DNA of 64,000 bases, from contig DATBLZ010000028.1 of the NCBI GenBank assembly GCA_036555065.1, positions 146 through 64,145 of the forward strand, read 5' to 3'. Below the pieces are notes generated by a model, which made no database searches, had not been told where the DNA came from, and worked only from the letters and a program-made list of their open reading frames with translations. This DNA is from Gammaproteobacteria bacterium. GTDB taxonomy: Bacteria; Pseudomonadota; Gammaproteobacteria; Steroidobacterales; Rariloculaceae. Position 1 is the stretch's first letter; the number at the start of each line of letters is the position of its first letter. Shown one piece after another: positions 52,621-60,347 of the stretch. Made by a program: the position numbers and the translations under genes.

Positions 52621-55299
52621 ATGTCGTTGTGGCGCCAAGTTGCCCGAGGCCTCCGCACGCTGACACATCGTGCGAGTGTCGACGACGAGATCGACGAAGA
52701 GGTTCGCGACTACTATGAGCGCGCCCGCGCCGATCTAGTTAAGCAGGGGCACTCGCCGCAAGAAGCTGCGCGCGTCGCGCGGCAGCAGCTCGGCGACATC
52801 GGGCGAGCTCGCGAAGAGTTGCGCTCGTACGGGTGGGAAAACGTGGCCGAGGCGATTCTCATCGACTTGCGGCATGCGCTACGCCGGTTGCGGCAGAGCC
52901 CTGGTTTTGCCGCGACCGCGATCGGGACCCTCGCGCTCGGCATCGGCGCGACGACGGCGATCGTGAGCGCGCTGTGGCCGATTCTGGTCGAGCCGCTGCC
53001 GTACCCAGAAGCGGATCGGATCGTCATGCTCACCGGCCGCACGCCTGACGGCGCGGGGTTGGAGACGGCGTACGGCACGTACATAGAAGTTGCGGCTCGC
53101 AGCCGCTCGTTCGAGGGTCTCGCAGTCGCCCAACGTTGGGGAGCTGTGATCGCCGGCGACGGTGAGTCGGAGCTACTCGCCGGGGACCGAGTGACGGCGG
53201 ATTACTTCCGCGTGTTGGGCATGTCACCTGCAGTCGGACGCAACTTCGAGGCCAGCGACGAGACCGTTGGCGGTCCGCAATTTGTAATCGTCAGCGACGC
53301 GCTTGCGAGGCGGCGATTCGAAAGCGCGCGCGCAGCGGTGAATCAAACCATTCGCCTCGGCGGCGTGCCGCACACGGTCATCGGGGTCATGCCGCCCGGC
53401 TTCGAGAACGTGCTCGCGCCCGCGTCCGAGGTGTGGTCGGCGATGCAGTTCCGCGCGCAGGCGCCATTCCAGTCGGGGGAATGGGGCAATCAGTTGCGCA
53501 TGATCGGACGGCTCGAGACCGGCGTCTCGATCGAGCAAGCGCGCGATGACCTCGCGGCCATCGGCGCCTCGCGAGTCGAGGAGTTTCCACGACCGGAGTG
53601 GGCGTTGATGGAGCGGGGGCTTGCCATCGAGTCGTTGCAGGGTTCGGTGACCAGCAACGCCCGGCCCGTGCTGCTCGCGATCTTCGGCGCGGTGCTGCTC
53701 ATGCTCGTGATCGCGTGCGCGAACGTGACGAACCTGCTGCTCGCGCGCAGCGTCGCGCGACGCAGCGAGCTCGCCGTGCGTGCAACCCTCGGCGCCGGAC
53801 GCGGCCGGCTCGTTCGCCAGCTGCTCACGGAAAGCTTGCTGCTCGCCGTGGTCGGCGGAGTGCTCGGCTTAGGCCTAGCCCTCGCCGGTATTCGCGGCAT
53901 CGTTGCGCTCGCTCCCACAGACCTTCCACGCATCGACGCGATTCGTCTCGACACATCGGCGTTCCTGTTGGCGCTCGCGATCACCACACTCGTCGGGCTC
54001 GCGGTCGGCCTCATCCCGGCGCTCCGGGGTGCGCGGCCCGACTTGCGCGCCGACCTGCACTCGCGCGGGCGCGCAGGCGGCTCGCATCATCTATTGCGGC
54101 GCAGCCTCGTCGTCACCGAAGTCGCCCTCGCGTTGGTGCTCTTGACGAGCGCCGGCCTTTTACTCAGAAGCGTGGATCGGCTCTTGTCGACGGCGCCGGG
54201 CTTCGATGCGTCGAACGTGCTCACGGTGCAGATCGATGCGACGGACCTGCGCTACGAGTCGGTAACGTGCTGCTGGGTCGCGCAGGAAAGAAGCTCGGAT
54301 GCGCTGCTCCAGGTTTTTCAGTCGGCGCTCGACGCCGTTCGCGCCGTTCCCGGCGTCGAGAGCGCAGCGTTCACGACGCAGTTACCTCTTTCGGGCGACA
54401 ACGATATTTACGGGGTGCAGTTCGAGTCTGAAACACGACCCTACGCGGCCCTGCGTTACATCGTGACGCCCGATTGGTTCACGACGATGGGTATCCCGCT
54501 TCTCGACGGGCGCTTGCTCGAGGCCGGGGATCGGCCCGGGGCTCCGGAAGCCATCGTTTTGAGCGAGTCGTTCGCGAAGAGTCGGTTCGGCGATCGCAGC
54601 CCGATCGGTGAACGCTTACGCATCGGACCCGAGAACTTCGAGCCGAATCGGCCGTGGGACGTGGTCGTCGGCGTCGTCGGAGACGTCAAGCAAACCTCGC
54701 TCGGTCTCGACTCGCCCGAGGCGGTCTACGTCGCGCTCGGACAATGGGTGTGGGTCGACCTCGATCAATCGCTTGTCGTCCGCACGCAAGGCGATCCCGC
54801 TCTGCTCGTGCCCGCGATCAGGCAGGCCCTTGGATCCGTCAGCGCCGACGTCGCCATCGCGCGCGTCGCGACTATGGAAGCTCTCGTAGCAGCGTCCGAA
54901 GCCGATCGACGTTTCGTGCTGCAGGTCATCGCGATCTTTGCGGTCGCAGCGCTCGTGCTGGCGGCCCTCGGGCTCTATGGCGTGATCGCCGGCAGCGTCG
55001 CGGAGCGCACGCGCGAGATCGGGTTGCGCTCGGCGCTCGGTGCCACGCGCGCCGACATTCTCTCGCTCATCGTGCGGCAGGGGATGACGCTCGCAGCACT
55101 CGGCGTCGTGATCGGCCTCGCCGGCGCGGCGGCGGCCACGCGTGGCCTGACGACGCTGCTTTATGAAGTCACGGCACTCGATCCACTCACCTACGGAGGC
55201 GTGGTCGTGCTGCTCGCTGCAGTGTCGGCGGCAGCTTGTTGGGTGCCGGCGTCGCGGGCGGCACGCATCGATCCAACGGCCGCGTTGCGGGCCGAGTAG
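52621..55299 (+). CDS. ADOP-family duplicated MacB/FtsX-type permease with N-terminal permease-prefix helix
   Basis: DLRHALRRLRQSPGFAATAIGTLALGIGATTAIVS; two FtsX modules (IACANVTNLLLARS; EIGLRSALGA). Confidence 0.85.
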   Translation: MSLWRQVARGLRTLTHRASVDDEIDEEVRDYYERARADLVKQGHSPQEAARVARQQLGDIGRAREELRSYGWENVAEAILIDLRHALRRLRQSPGFAATAIGTLALGIGATTAIVSALWPILVEPLPYPEADRIVMLTGRTPDGAGLETAYGTYIEVAARSRSFEGLAVAQRWGAVIAGDGESELLAGDRVTADYFRVLGMSPAVGRNFEASDETVGGPQFVIVSDALARRRFESARAAVNQTIRLGGVPHTVIGVMPPGFENVLAPASEVWSAMQFRAQAPFQSGEWGNQLRMIGRLETGVSIEQARDDLAAIGASRVEEFPRPEWALMERGLAIESLQGSVTSNARPVLLAIFGAVLLMLVIACANVTNLLLARSVARRSELAVRATLGAGRGRLVRQLLTESLLLAVVGGVLGLGLALAGIRGIVALAPTDLPRIDAIRLDTSAFLLALAITTLVGLAVGLIPALRGARPDLRADLHSRGRAGGSHHLLRRSLVVTEVALALVLLTSAGLLLRSVDRLLSTAPGFDASNVLTVQIDATDLRYESVTCCWVAQERSSDALLQVFQSALDAVRAVPGVESAAFTTQLPLSGDNDIYGVQFESETRPYAALRYIVTPDWFTTMGIPLLDGRLLEAGDRPGAPEAIVLSESFAKSRFGDRSPIGERLRIGPENFEPNRPWDVVVGVVGDVKQTSLGLDSPEAVYVALGQWVWVDLDQSLVVRTQGDPALLVPAIRQALGSVSADVAIARVATMEALVAASEADRRFVLQVIAIFAVAALVLAALGLYGVIAGSVAERTREIGLRSALGATRADILSLIVRQGMTLAALGVVIGLAGAAAATRGLTTLLYEVTALDPLTYGGVVVLLAAVSAAACWVPASRAARIDPTAALRAE

Positions 55300-55381
55300 C
55301 CGTCGCGAAGCTTCCCGGCGGGAAGGATTCCCGTTCTCGCGTGTATATATTGGTGTTACGCGATTAAACGGGAGTACCGCC

Positions 55382-56125
55382 ATGTCGAAGATTCATCCTG
55401 CCCTAGGTTGCCTCGGTCTCTTGCTCGCCGCGAACGCGTCGGCGGAGATCAGGACCTACGACGTCGACTTCAAGTATCAGCAAGAGGTTTACGGGGCCTT
55501 AGTACACCTCTTGAATGTCGACCCCGGCATCTCCGCGCCGGCGGGTCTTGCGTACGGCCGGCTACAGCTCTTACCGACGGGCCAAATCGTCGTCGATACG
55601 GCGCCCGAAACGCACGCGCAGATCGAAGAGCTGCTCGCGGCAATCAGGGAACGACAAACCGACGCGACGCCGCGCGTGACGTTTCGGTACTGGGCCGTGC
55701 TCGGCACGAGCGCGGACAACCAGCCCGGAAACCCGCCGCCGCCAATTTTGAATGAAGTACTCGCCGAGCTCAGGCGCGTGCACGGCGACTTGGCTTTTCG
55801 CGTGCTCGGGACGGCGAGTCTCGTCACCGAATCAGGCCAAGAGGGCGAGGTCGCGAGCGAGCCGCTGGGCGCGAAACAGCGGGTCTACGTTCAAGAGCAA
55901 ACCGCAAGCGCGGTGATCGAATTGAATTACGTCGAGCGCACTGTCCCGACGCGCATCGAGCCAAACCCGCGGGCCTTCACGACGTTCAGCCCCTATGAAG
56001 GGAAAATCGCTTTGAACGTGAGCCTAGAGCGCGGTGAGTTCCTCGTGCTCGGTGAGAGCACGGTTCGGAATCAGCAACTCAACGGAACGCTGTTTTATAT
56101 CGTCCACTGGCCGGCGGAACAGTAG
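55382..56125 (+). CDS. secreted hypothetical protein
   Basis: Signal peptide MSKIHPALGCLGLLLAANASA; weak resemblance to a secretin N-domain (HAQIEELLAAI). Confidence 0.55.
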   Translation: MSKIHPALGCLGLLLAANASAEIRTYDVDFKYQQEVYGALVHLLNVDPGISAPAGLAYGRLQLLPTGQIVVDTAPETHAQIEELLAAIRERQTDATPRVTFRYWAVLGTSADNQPGNPPPPILNEVLAELRRVHGDLAFRVLGTASLVTESGQEGEVASEPLGAKQRVYVQEQTASAVIELNYVERTVPTRIEPNPRAFTTFSPYEGKIALNVSLERGEFLVLGESTVRNQQLNGTLFYIVHWPAEQ

Positions 56126-56145
56126 AGTCCGGCGCGGACGCAGCC

Positions 56146-56640
56146 ATGGCTGGCGTCGACACGACGCAGTGGGTCGAGGTGTATCGCGCGCTCGAGAGGC
56201 CGCTGTACAACATCGTGTATCGCGTCATTTGGGATGCCGCCGGCAGTCAGGATATCGTTCAAGAGACTTTTCTGCGCTGCTGGCGTCGCAAGGAGGACAT
56301 TCGCGCCGATGGCTTCAAGGCGTTGCTGTTTCGCACGGCATTGAACCTCGCGAGCAATCGGCGCCGCCGCGACCGACTGTGGCGGATCACGGGCCTCGCA
56401 TTGGTCGCCGAGCTTGCCGACGAGCGCGGCGCCGGTGAGCCGATCTCACGGCCCGTCCGCGAGGCGTTCGCGGCGCTGCCGAAGCCGCTGCGGCACGTGC
56501 TGTTGCTGACCGAGATAGCAGGCATGAGCTACGCTGAGGCTGCGGCGACGCTCGGCGTGGAAGAAGGAACGGTTGGATCGCGCAGGACGCGCGCGCTCTC
56601 CCTGCTCCGCGAGCGGCTCGCGGCCGGAGGTGTGTTATGA
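56146..56640 (+). CDS. ECF (group IV) sigma-70 factor
   Basis: Region 2 DIVQETFLRCW, region 4 HTH MSYAEAAATLGVEEGTVGSRRTRA. Confidence 0.9.
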   Translation: MAGVDTTQWVEVYRALERPLYNIVYRVIWDAAGSQDIVQETFLRCWRRKEDIRADGFKALLFRTALNLASNRRRRDRLWRITGLALVAELADERGAGEPISRPVREAFAALPKPLRHVLLLTEIAGMSYAEAAATLGVEEGTVGSRRTRALSLLRERLAAGGVL

Positions 56641-56990
56641 GCGAGGATCGAGACGGATTGTTTAGGCAGCTCGAGCCGCCGCCGGGCGGAGTGGAGCGAT
56701 TTCGCGCGCGGCTCGACGCGGCCGCAGAGCGCGATCGCGGCCCGCCCTGGCGCTTAGCCGTTGCAGTTGCTGCGGGCCTCGTGGTCGTCGTCGCGACGCT
56801 CGTCGTTCTGAACGATGTGGGCCGAAGCGGCTCGGCCGAGAACCGAGTGGCCGCAGCCCCCGAGTTCGATCGGCTGCTCGGCCGCCCCCTCAACCATGTC
56901 GAGCCGGCCGTCACCCTGAACGATCAGCCGGTCATCCTCGCTGCCGTGCAGAGCGATAATCCGAAAGTCCGGATCTACCAAATCCAATAG
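56637..56990 (+). CDS. putative single-pass anti-sigma factor
   Basis: ATGA overlap with the sigma gene; one TM helix (WRLAVAVAAGLVVVVATLVVL); no ZAS motif. Confidence 0.5.
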   Translation: MSEDRDGLFRQLEPPPGGVERFRARLDAAAERDRGPPWRLAVAVAAGLVVVVATLVVLNDVGRSGSAENRVAAAPEFDRLLGRPLNHVEPAVTLNDQPVILAAVQSDNPKVRIYQIQ

Positions 56991-57029
56991 TCGCGCTGAT
57001 TGGCGCGGCGCTCAGAGAGAACGTGCGCG

Positions 57030-58169
57030 CTATCGGTCCCTGCCCGTGAACTCGTACGTGAGCTCCGTGCACGGCTGCTTCTCGAAGGGCGTCTCCGACA
57101 GGAGCACGATATCGGACCCCGTGTATGGCGCGGCCAGATAGACCGGATCTTCGGCCGTGTACTCGCGCTTGAGCGCAAATGTCGCGGGGTCGAGCGTGAA
57201 GCGCTCGGCGACGTGGAGCTGCTCGCTGTTTCGCGTCGGCGGCCTAAGCACGCCGGCCGCGAAGCCGATCGTGTCGACGACGAGCGTGTCGCCTTCCCAA
57301 CGGCCGATCGAATGCCCCGCGTTGCTCGGCTCGAGCGTGGCGGGATGCTCAGCGAATCCCATGTGAATGCGGCGCGTGAAGCTGTAGAGACCGTAGTCGA
57401 TGTCGATGACCTTTGCGCCGTCGACGGTCGTCTGCGCGATGCGGTTCACGGGCCAGTCGAACGTCCAGTCGAAGATGATGCTCGTCGGCTTGCACGAAAG
57501 CCGCGGGTTGTCCTCGGGCGACCACATGCGGAACGCGTCCGCGGCGGCCTTGCCGGCTTCTGTGTACACGGCGGGCGCGGGCGTCGGGTTGCGCGCGCGA
57601 ATTTGCTCGATCGTGATGCGTCCGGCCGCATAGTCCGCGCGCAGGCTCCGCGGCACGAGGTCGCCGCGGCCGCCGGCCGGCGGCACCGTGAGCACGGCTT
57701 GCTCGACGGCCCAGTCGCCCGAGATGTTGGGCTCGCCCGACGCGAGGCGCAGCGGCCGGTTCGAGGTATCGACGGGCGTGCTCGTGAACTGTGCGTTGCG
57801 GTCGAGCGCCGGGGCATTGCCGATCGTGACGCTCTCGAGGTAGCACGAGTGCGGATCGTCGCGGTGCGGGTGCGCGCGCACATCGACGCGCCGGCCGGCC
57901 ACGAACTGATCGACCTGCCAGCCGGAACGCTTGATCAGCGTTGCCGCACGCATCTCGCAACGCATCGCGAACGGTTTGCCGTCGGCATCGACGGTATCGA
58001 AGTAGAGATAGGAGTGCGGATTGACGAGATCGAGCTTCGTGAGCGTGCCTGTGTAATCGACCCACGTTTCCATCTGGAACAGCCCGAAACCGTGATGCGC
58101 GAGCGCCGGGCCGCTGCAAGCGAGCGCGATCGACACGCCGAGAGCGGACTTAGAAAAACGCGTACTCAT
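57030..58169 (-). CDS. secreted protein of unknown function, predicted mature N-terminus His-His (paralogue A)
   Basis: Signal peptide ...SGPALA|HHGF; four Cys conserved with the paralogue; blocks RCEMR, NPRLSC, AGHSIGRWEGDTLVVDT. Confidence 0.7.
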   Translation of the reverse strand: MSTRFSKSALGVSIALACSGPALAHHGFGLFQMETWVDYTGTLTKLDLVNPHSYLYFDTVDADGKPFAMRCEMRAATLIKRSGWQVDQFVAGRRVDVRAHPHRDDPHSCYLESVTIGNAPALDRNAQFTSTPVDTSNRPLRLASGEPNISGDWAVEQAVLTVPPAGGRGDLVPRSLRADYAAGRITIEQIRARNPTPAPAVYTEAGKAAADAFRMWSPEDNPRLSCKPTSIIFDWTFDWPVNRIAQTTVDGAKVIDIDYGLYSFTRRIHMGFAEHPATLEPSNAGHSIGRWEGDTLVVDTIGFAAGVLRPPTRNSEQLHVAERFTLDPATFALKREYTAEDPVYLAAPYTGSDIVLLSETPFEKQPCTELTYEFTGRDR

Positions 58170-59035
58170 CGCACGATCGCTCCATTGTCGTCGGCCTGCG
58201 GCGACGGGTTGCTCGGATTCAGGTTGACGCTGAGCGTGTGCACGTTCGTGAATCTGCCGTTCACGAGCCGGAATGTGTGCGAGTCCGGCATTCCCGTGCT
58301 GCTGTTGCCGAAACGGCAGAAGACATTGATGACGCCCGCCTCTTCATCGATCACATAGTCGCGATTCACTATGTAGAGCACGCCCGGGGGGATCCCGACC
58401 TCGCATGTCGCGCTCGGGTTGTTGTTGCGGTTCGTGTAGGCGCCACCTTCGAGGCGCGCGCATGGGATGCCCCACGGTGCCGCGATGAACTTGTCGGAGA
58501 AAAGGTCGAGATAGCTGTTCGCGGCGCTGATGAGCTCCTTCGCCGGTACGCGGGCCGCGGCCGCGGGCGCGCTCCAATCCTCTGCGGCGGAATACTTGAG
58601 ATAGGCGTTGGCATTGAAGAGCCAGTCGCCCTTGTCGGTCACGAGGCTGTCGACTCGCTTGATCTTGCCGGCATCGACATAGAGCCGCGTGCCGACGACG
58701 TACGGGTGATCGCCTTCGGTCACGATGACTTCGGTGAACGTTCGGCACCGCGTCGAATCGAGAAAGCTCCGCGACAGAGCGATCGGCAGCGCGGTGTTCC
58801 ACAAGCCCGCGTCTTTCGCGACGTCCGCCATGTTTTCGAGGAACCTTGCGTCGTCCGCGAGCCCCATCTTCGATACATCGCCCGATTTCTGCGCTTGGAC
58901 GTAGCTGTCCGCGGCCGCCTGGAGATCGGCGCGCGTGCAGACGGGTTTCGCCGGGGCCTGCGCGGGCGGCGGCTGCGCTTGCGAAGTCGCGGCTATGCAC
59001 AAGAAGAGCAAGGTCGTCGTCGTTTTGTTCATCAT
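58166..59035 (-). CDS. secreted hypothetical protein
   Basis: Signal peptide ...IAATSQA|QPPP; ATGA overlap with the downstream gene. Confidence 0.6.
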   Translation of the reverse strand: MMNKTTTTLLFLCIAATSQAQPPPAQAPAKPVCTRADLQAAADSYVQAQKSGDVSKMGLADDARFLENMADVAKDAGLWNTALPIALSRSFLDSTRCRTFTEVIVTEGDHPYVVGTRLYVDAGKIKRVDSLVTDKGDWLFNANAYLKYSAAEDWSAPAAAARVPAKELISAANSYLDLFSDKFIAAPWGIPCARLEGGAYTNRNNNPSATCEVGIPPGVLYIVNRDYVIDEEAGVINVFCRFGNSSTGMPDSHTFRLVNGRFTNVHTLSVNLNPSNPSPQADDNGAIVR

Positions 59036-59054
59036 GGTTACGTTCGCTTTCTTG

Positions 59055-59095
59055 ATGGGAGCGGTGTTTTTTCGTGGGAGCGGCTTCGCCCGCGA
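59055..59095. repeat. REP-like elements (partial 59055..59064 plus full 59074..59095)
   Basis: ATGGGAGCGG-TGTTTTTTC-GTGGGAGCGGCTTCGCCCGCGA. Confidence 0.75.
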
Positions 59096-60259
59096 CTATT
59101 GCGCGCGGTACGTGCGCTCCACGCACTCGGTCGTGCCGTGATACGGCAAGTCGGATACGAACACCGTATCGGTGCCCTTGTATTCGCCTACGAGGTAAAG
59201 CGGGTCGTCGGCCGTGTACTCGCGCCGCAACGTGGATTTCTCGGGGTCGAGCGTGAAACGCTCGACGATATGGAGCGCCCCGCTGTGCGGCACGCGGCCG
59301 TCGGCGAGCAATATTCCGGGCGCGAAGCCGACGGTGTCGACGACGAGCACGTCGTTCTCCCAGCCGCCGATCGAGTGCCCCGCGAGGCTCGGCTCGATGT
59401 CGGCCGGGTGCGCGGCCATGTCGAGATGGATCGTGCGCTCGATGCCCATGGAGCCGTAGAGCATCTTGATCTCGGTCGCCGTCTGCGTGATGCGGTTGAT
59501 GTCGGCCTCGAAGGTCCAGTCCCAAATGATGTTGGTCGCGGCGCAGCGCAGCCGCGGGTTGTCGCCCGAGGAGCCGTCGAAGCCTTCGATCGCTTTCGCG
59601 CCGGCCTCGGTCAGCGGCAACGCGCTGCCGCGCTGGTTCCAATACGTATCGACGGGATCTTTGGCGAGCGAGACGGCCGTGCCGCGCGCGCCGGGAAACG
59701 CCGGCTGTCCCTCGGGCACCTCGCCGGGCTTGAACTCTGCGGCAGTGCTGACCGGCACGAGCGTGCCGCTCTGGCCGCGCGGATCGGTCATGACGCGCTG
59801 CTCGGACGCCCAATCGCCCGCGATGTTCGGGTCGCCGTTGGCCAGGCGCGCGGCGCGCTGCACGGGCGCCGGGGGCGCGCCGCGGTTGAGCTGGCCGTAA
59901 CGATCGACGCTCGTGCCATCCGGAAAAATCGCCGTGCCGAGATAGCAAGTCGTAGGATCGCGCCGATCGGGCGATCCCGTTACGCGGATCGACGTTCCGG
60001 ACACGAACATTTCTTTCGACCAGCCCGAGCGCTGCAGCACCGTCGCGCCGCGCATCTCGCAGCGCCACGGCGTAGTCGTCCCATCGGCATTCGTGACCTC
60101 GAAGTTGAGCCATGAATGCGGATTCACGAACTCGACGCTCGTGATGACGCCTTCGAGCGCGATGTCACTGTTGAGATCGAAGTTCGCGATGCCGTGATGC
60201 GCGTGCGCGAGGCTCGGCGAGGCGAGCATTGCGAACGTTATCCAGTTTCTAGGACTCAT
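59096..60259 (-). CDS. secreted protein of unknown function, predicted mature N-terminus His-His (paralogue B)
   Basis: Signal peptide ...SPSLAHA|HHGI (His codons 60194..60199); RCEMR, NPRLRC, AGHSIGGWENDVLVVDT. Confidence 0.7.
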   Translation of the reverse strand: MSPRNWITFAMLASPSLAHAHHGIANFDLNSDIALEGVITSVEFVNPHSWLNFEVTNADGTTTPWRCEMRGATVLQRSGWSKEMFVSGTSIRVTGSPDRRDPTTCYLGTAIFPDGTSVDRYGQLNRGAPPAPVQRAARLANGDPNIAGDWASEQRVMTDPRGQSGTLVPVSTAAEFKPGEVPEGQPAFPGARGTAVSLAKDPVDTYWNQRGSALPLTEAGAKAIEGFDGSSGDNPRLRCAATNIIWDWTFEADINRITQTATEIKMLYGSMGIERTIHLDMAAHPADIEPSLAGHSIGGWENDVLVVDTVGFAPGILLADGRVPHSGALHIVERFTLDPEKSTLRREYTADDPLYLVGEYKGTDTVFVSDLPYHGTTECVERTYRAQ

Positions 60260-60285
60260 GATCGATTCTATCGGACGCGCTTTTC

Positions 60286-60347
60286 GTGGGAGCGGCCTCA
60301 GCCGCGACGCATTAATCTTATCGAATCGCGGCTAAAGCTGCTCCTAC
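60286..60347. repeat. REP-like element pair (inverted): 60286..60307 and 60326..60347
   Basis: GTGGGAGCGGCCTCAGCCGCGA ... TCGCGGCTAAAGCTGCTCCTAC; the latter overlaps the stop codon of the 5-oxoprolinase gene. Confidence 0.8.

Noticed and set aside
55306-55324. Hairpin CTTCCC-GGC-GGGAAG after the ADOP permease gene as an intrinsic terminator
   Set aside because: The stem is only 6 bp and no T-tract follows, so support is insufficient.
56116-56145. GGAAC (56116..56120) as the -35 of an autoregulated ECF promoter in front of the sigma gene
   Set aside because: It lies inside the 3' end of the upstream gene and only 26 nt before the sigma ATG. The expected -10 (CGTC-like at a 16-17 nt spacing) is not convincing (GACGC abutting the start codon). 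It is kept only as a hint.
12550-60347. Possibility that the repeated 22-nt elements form a CRISPR array
   Set aside because: The copies are dispersed over 48 kb as singles or inverted pairs. They have no regular repeat-spacer periodicity and no cas genes. Their internal palindrome and positions adjacent to stop codons fit REP elements instead.
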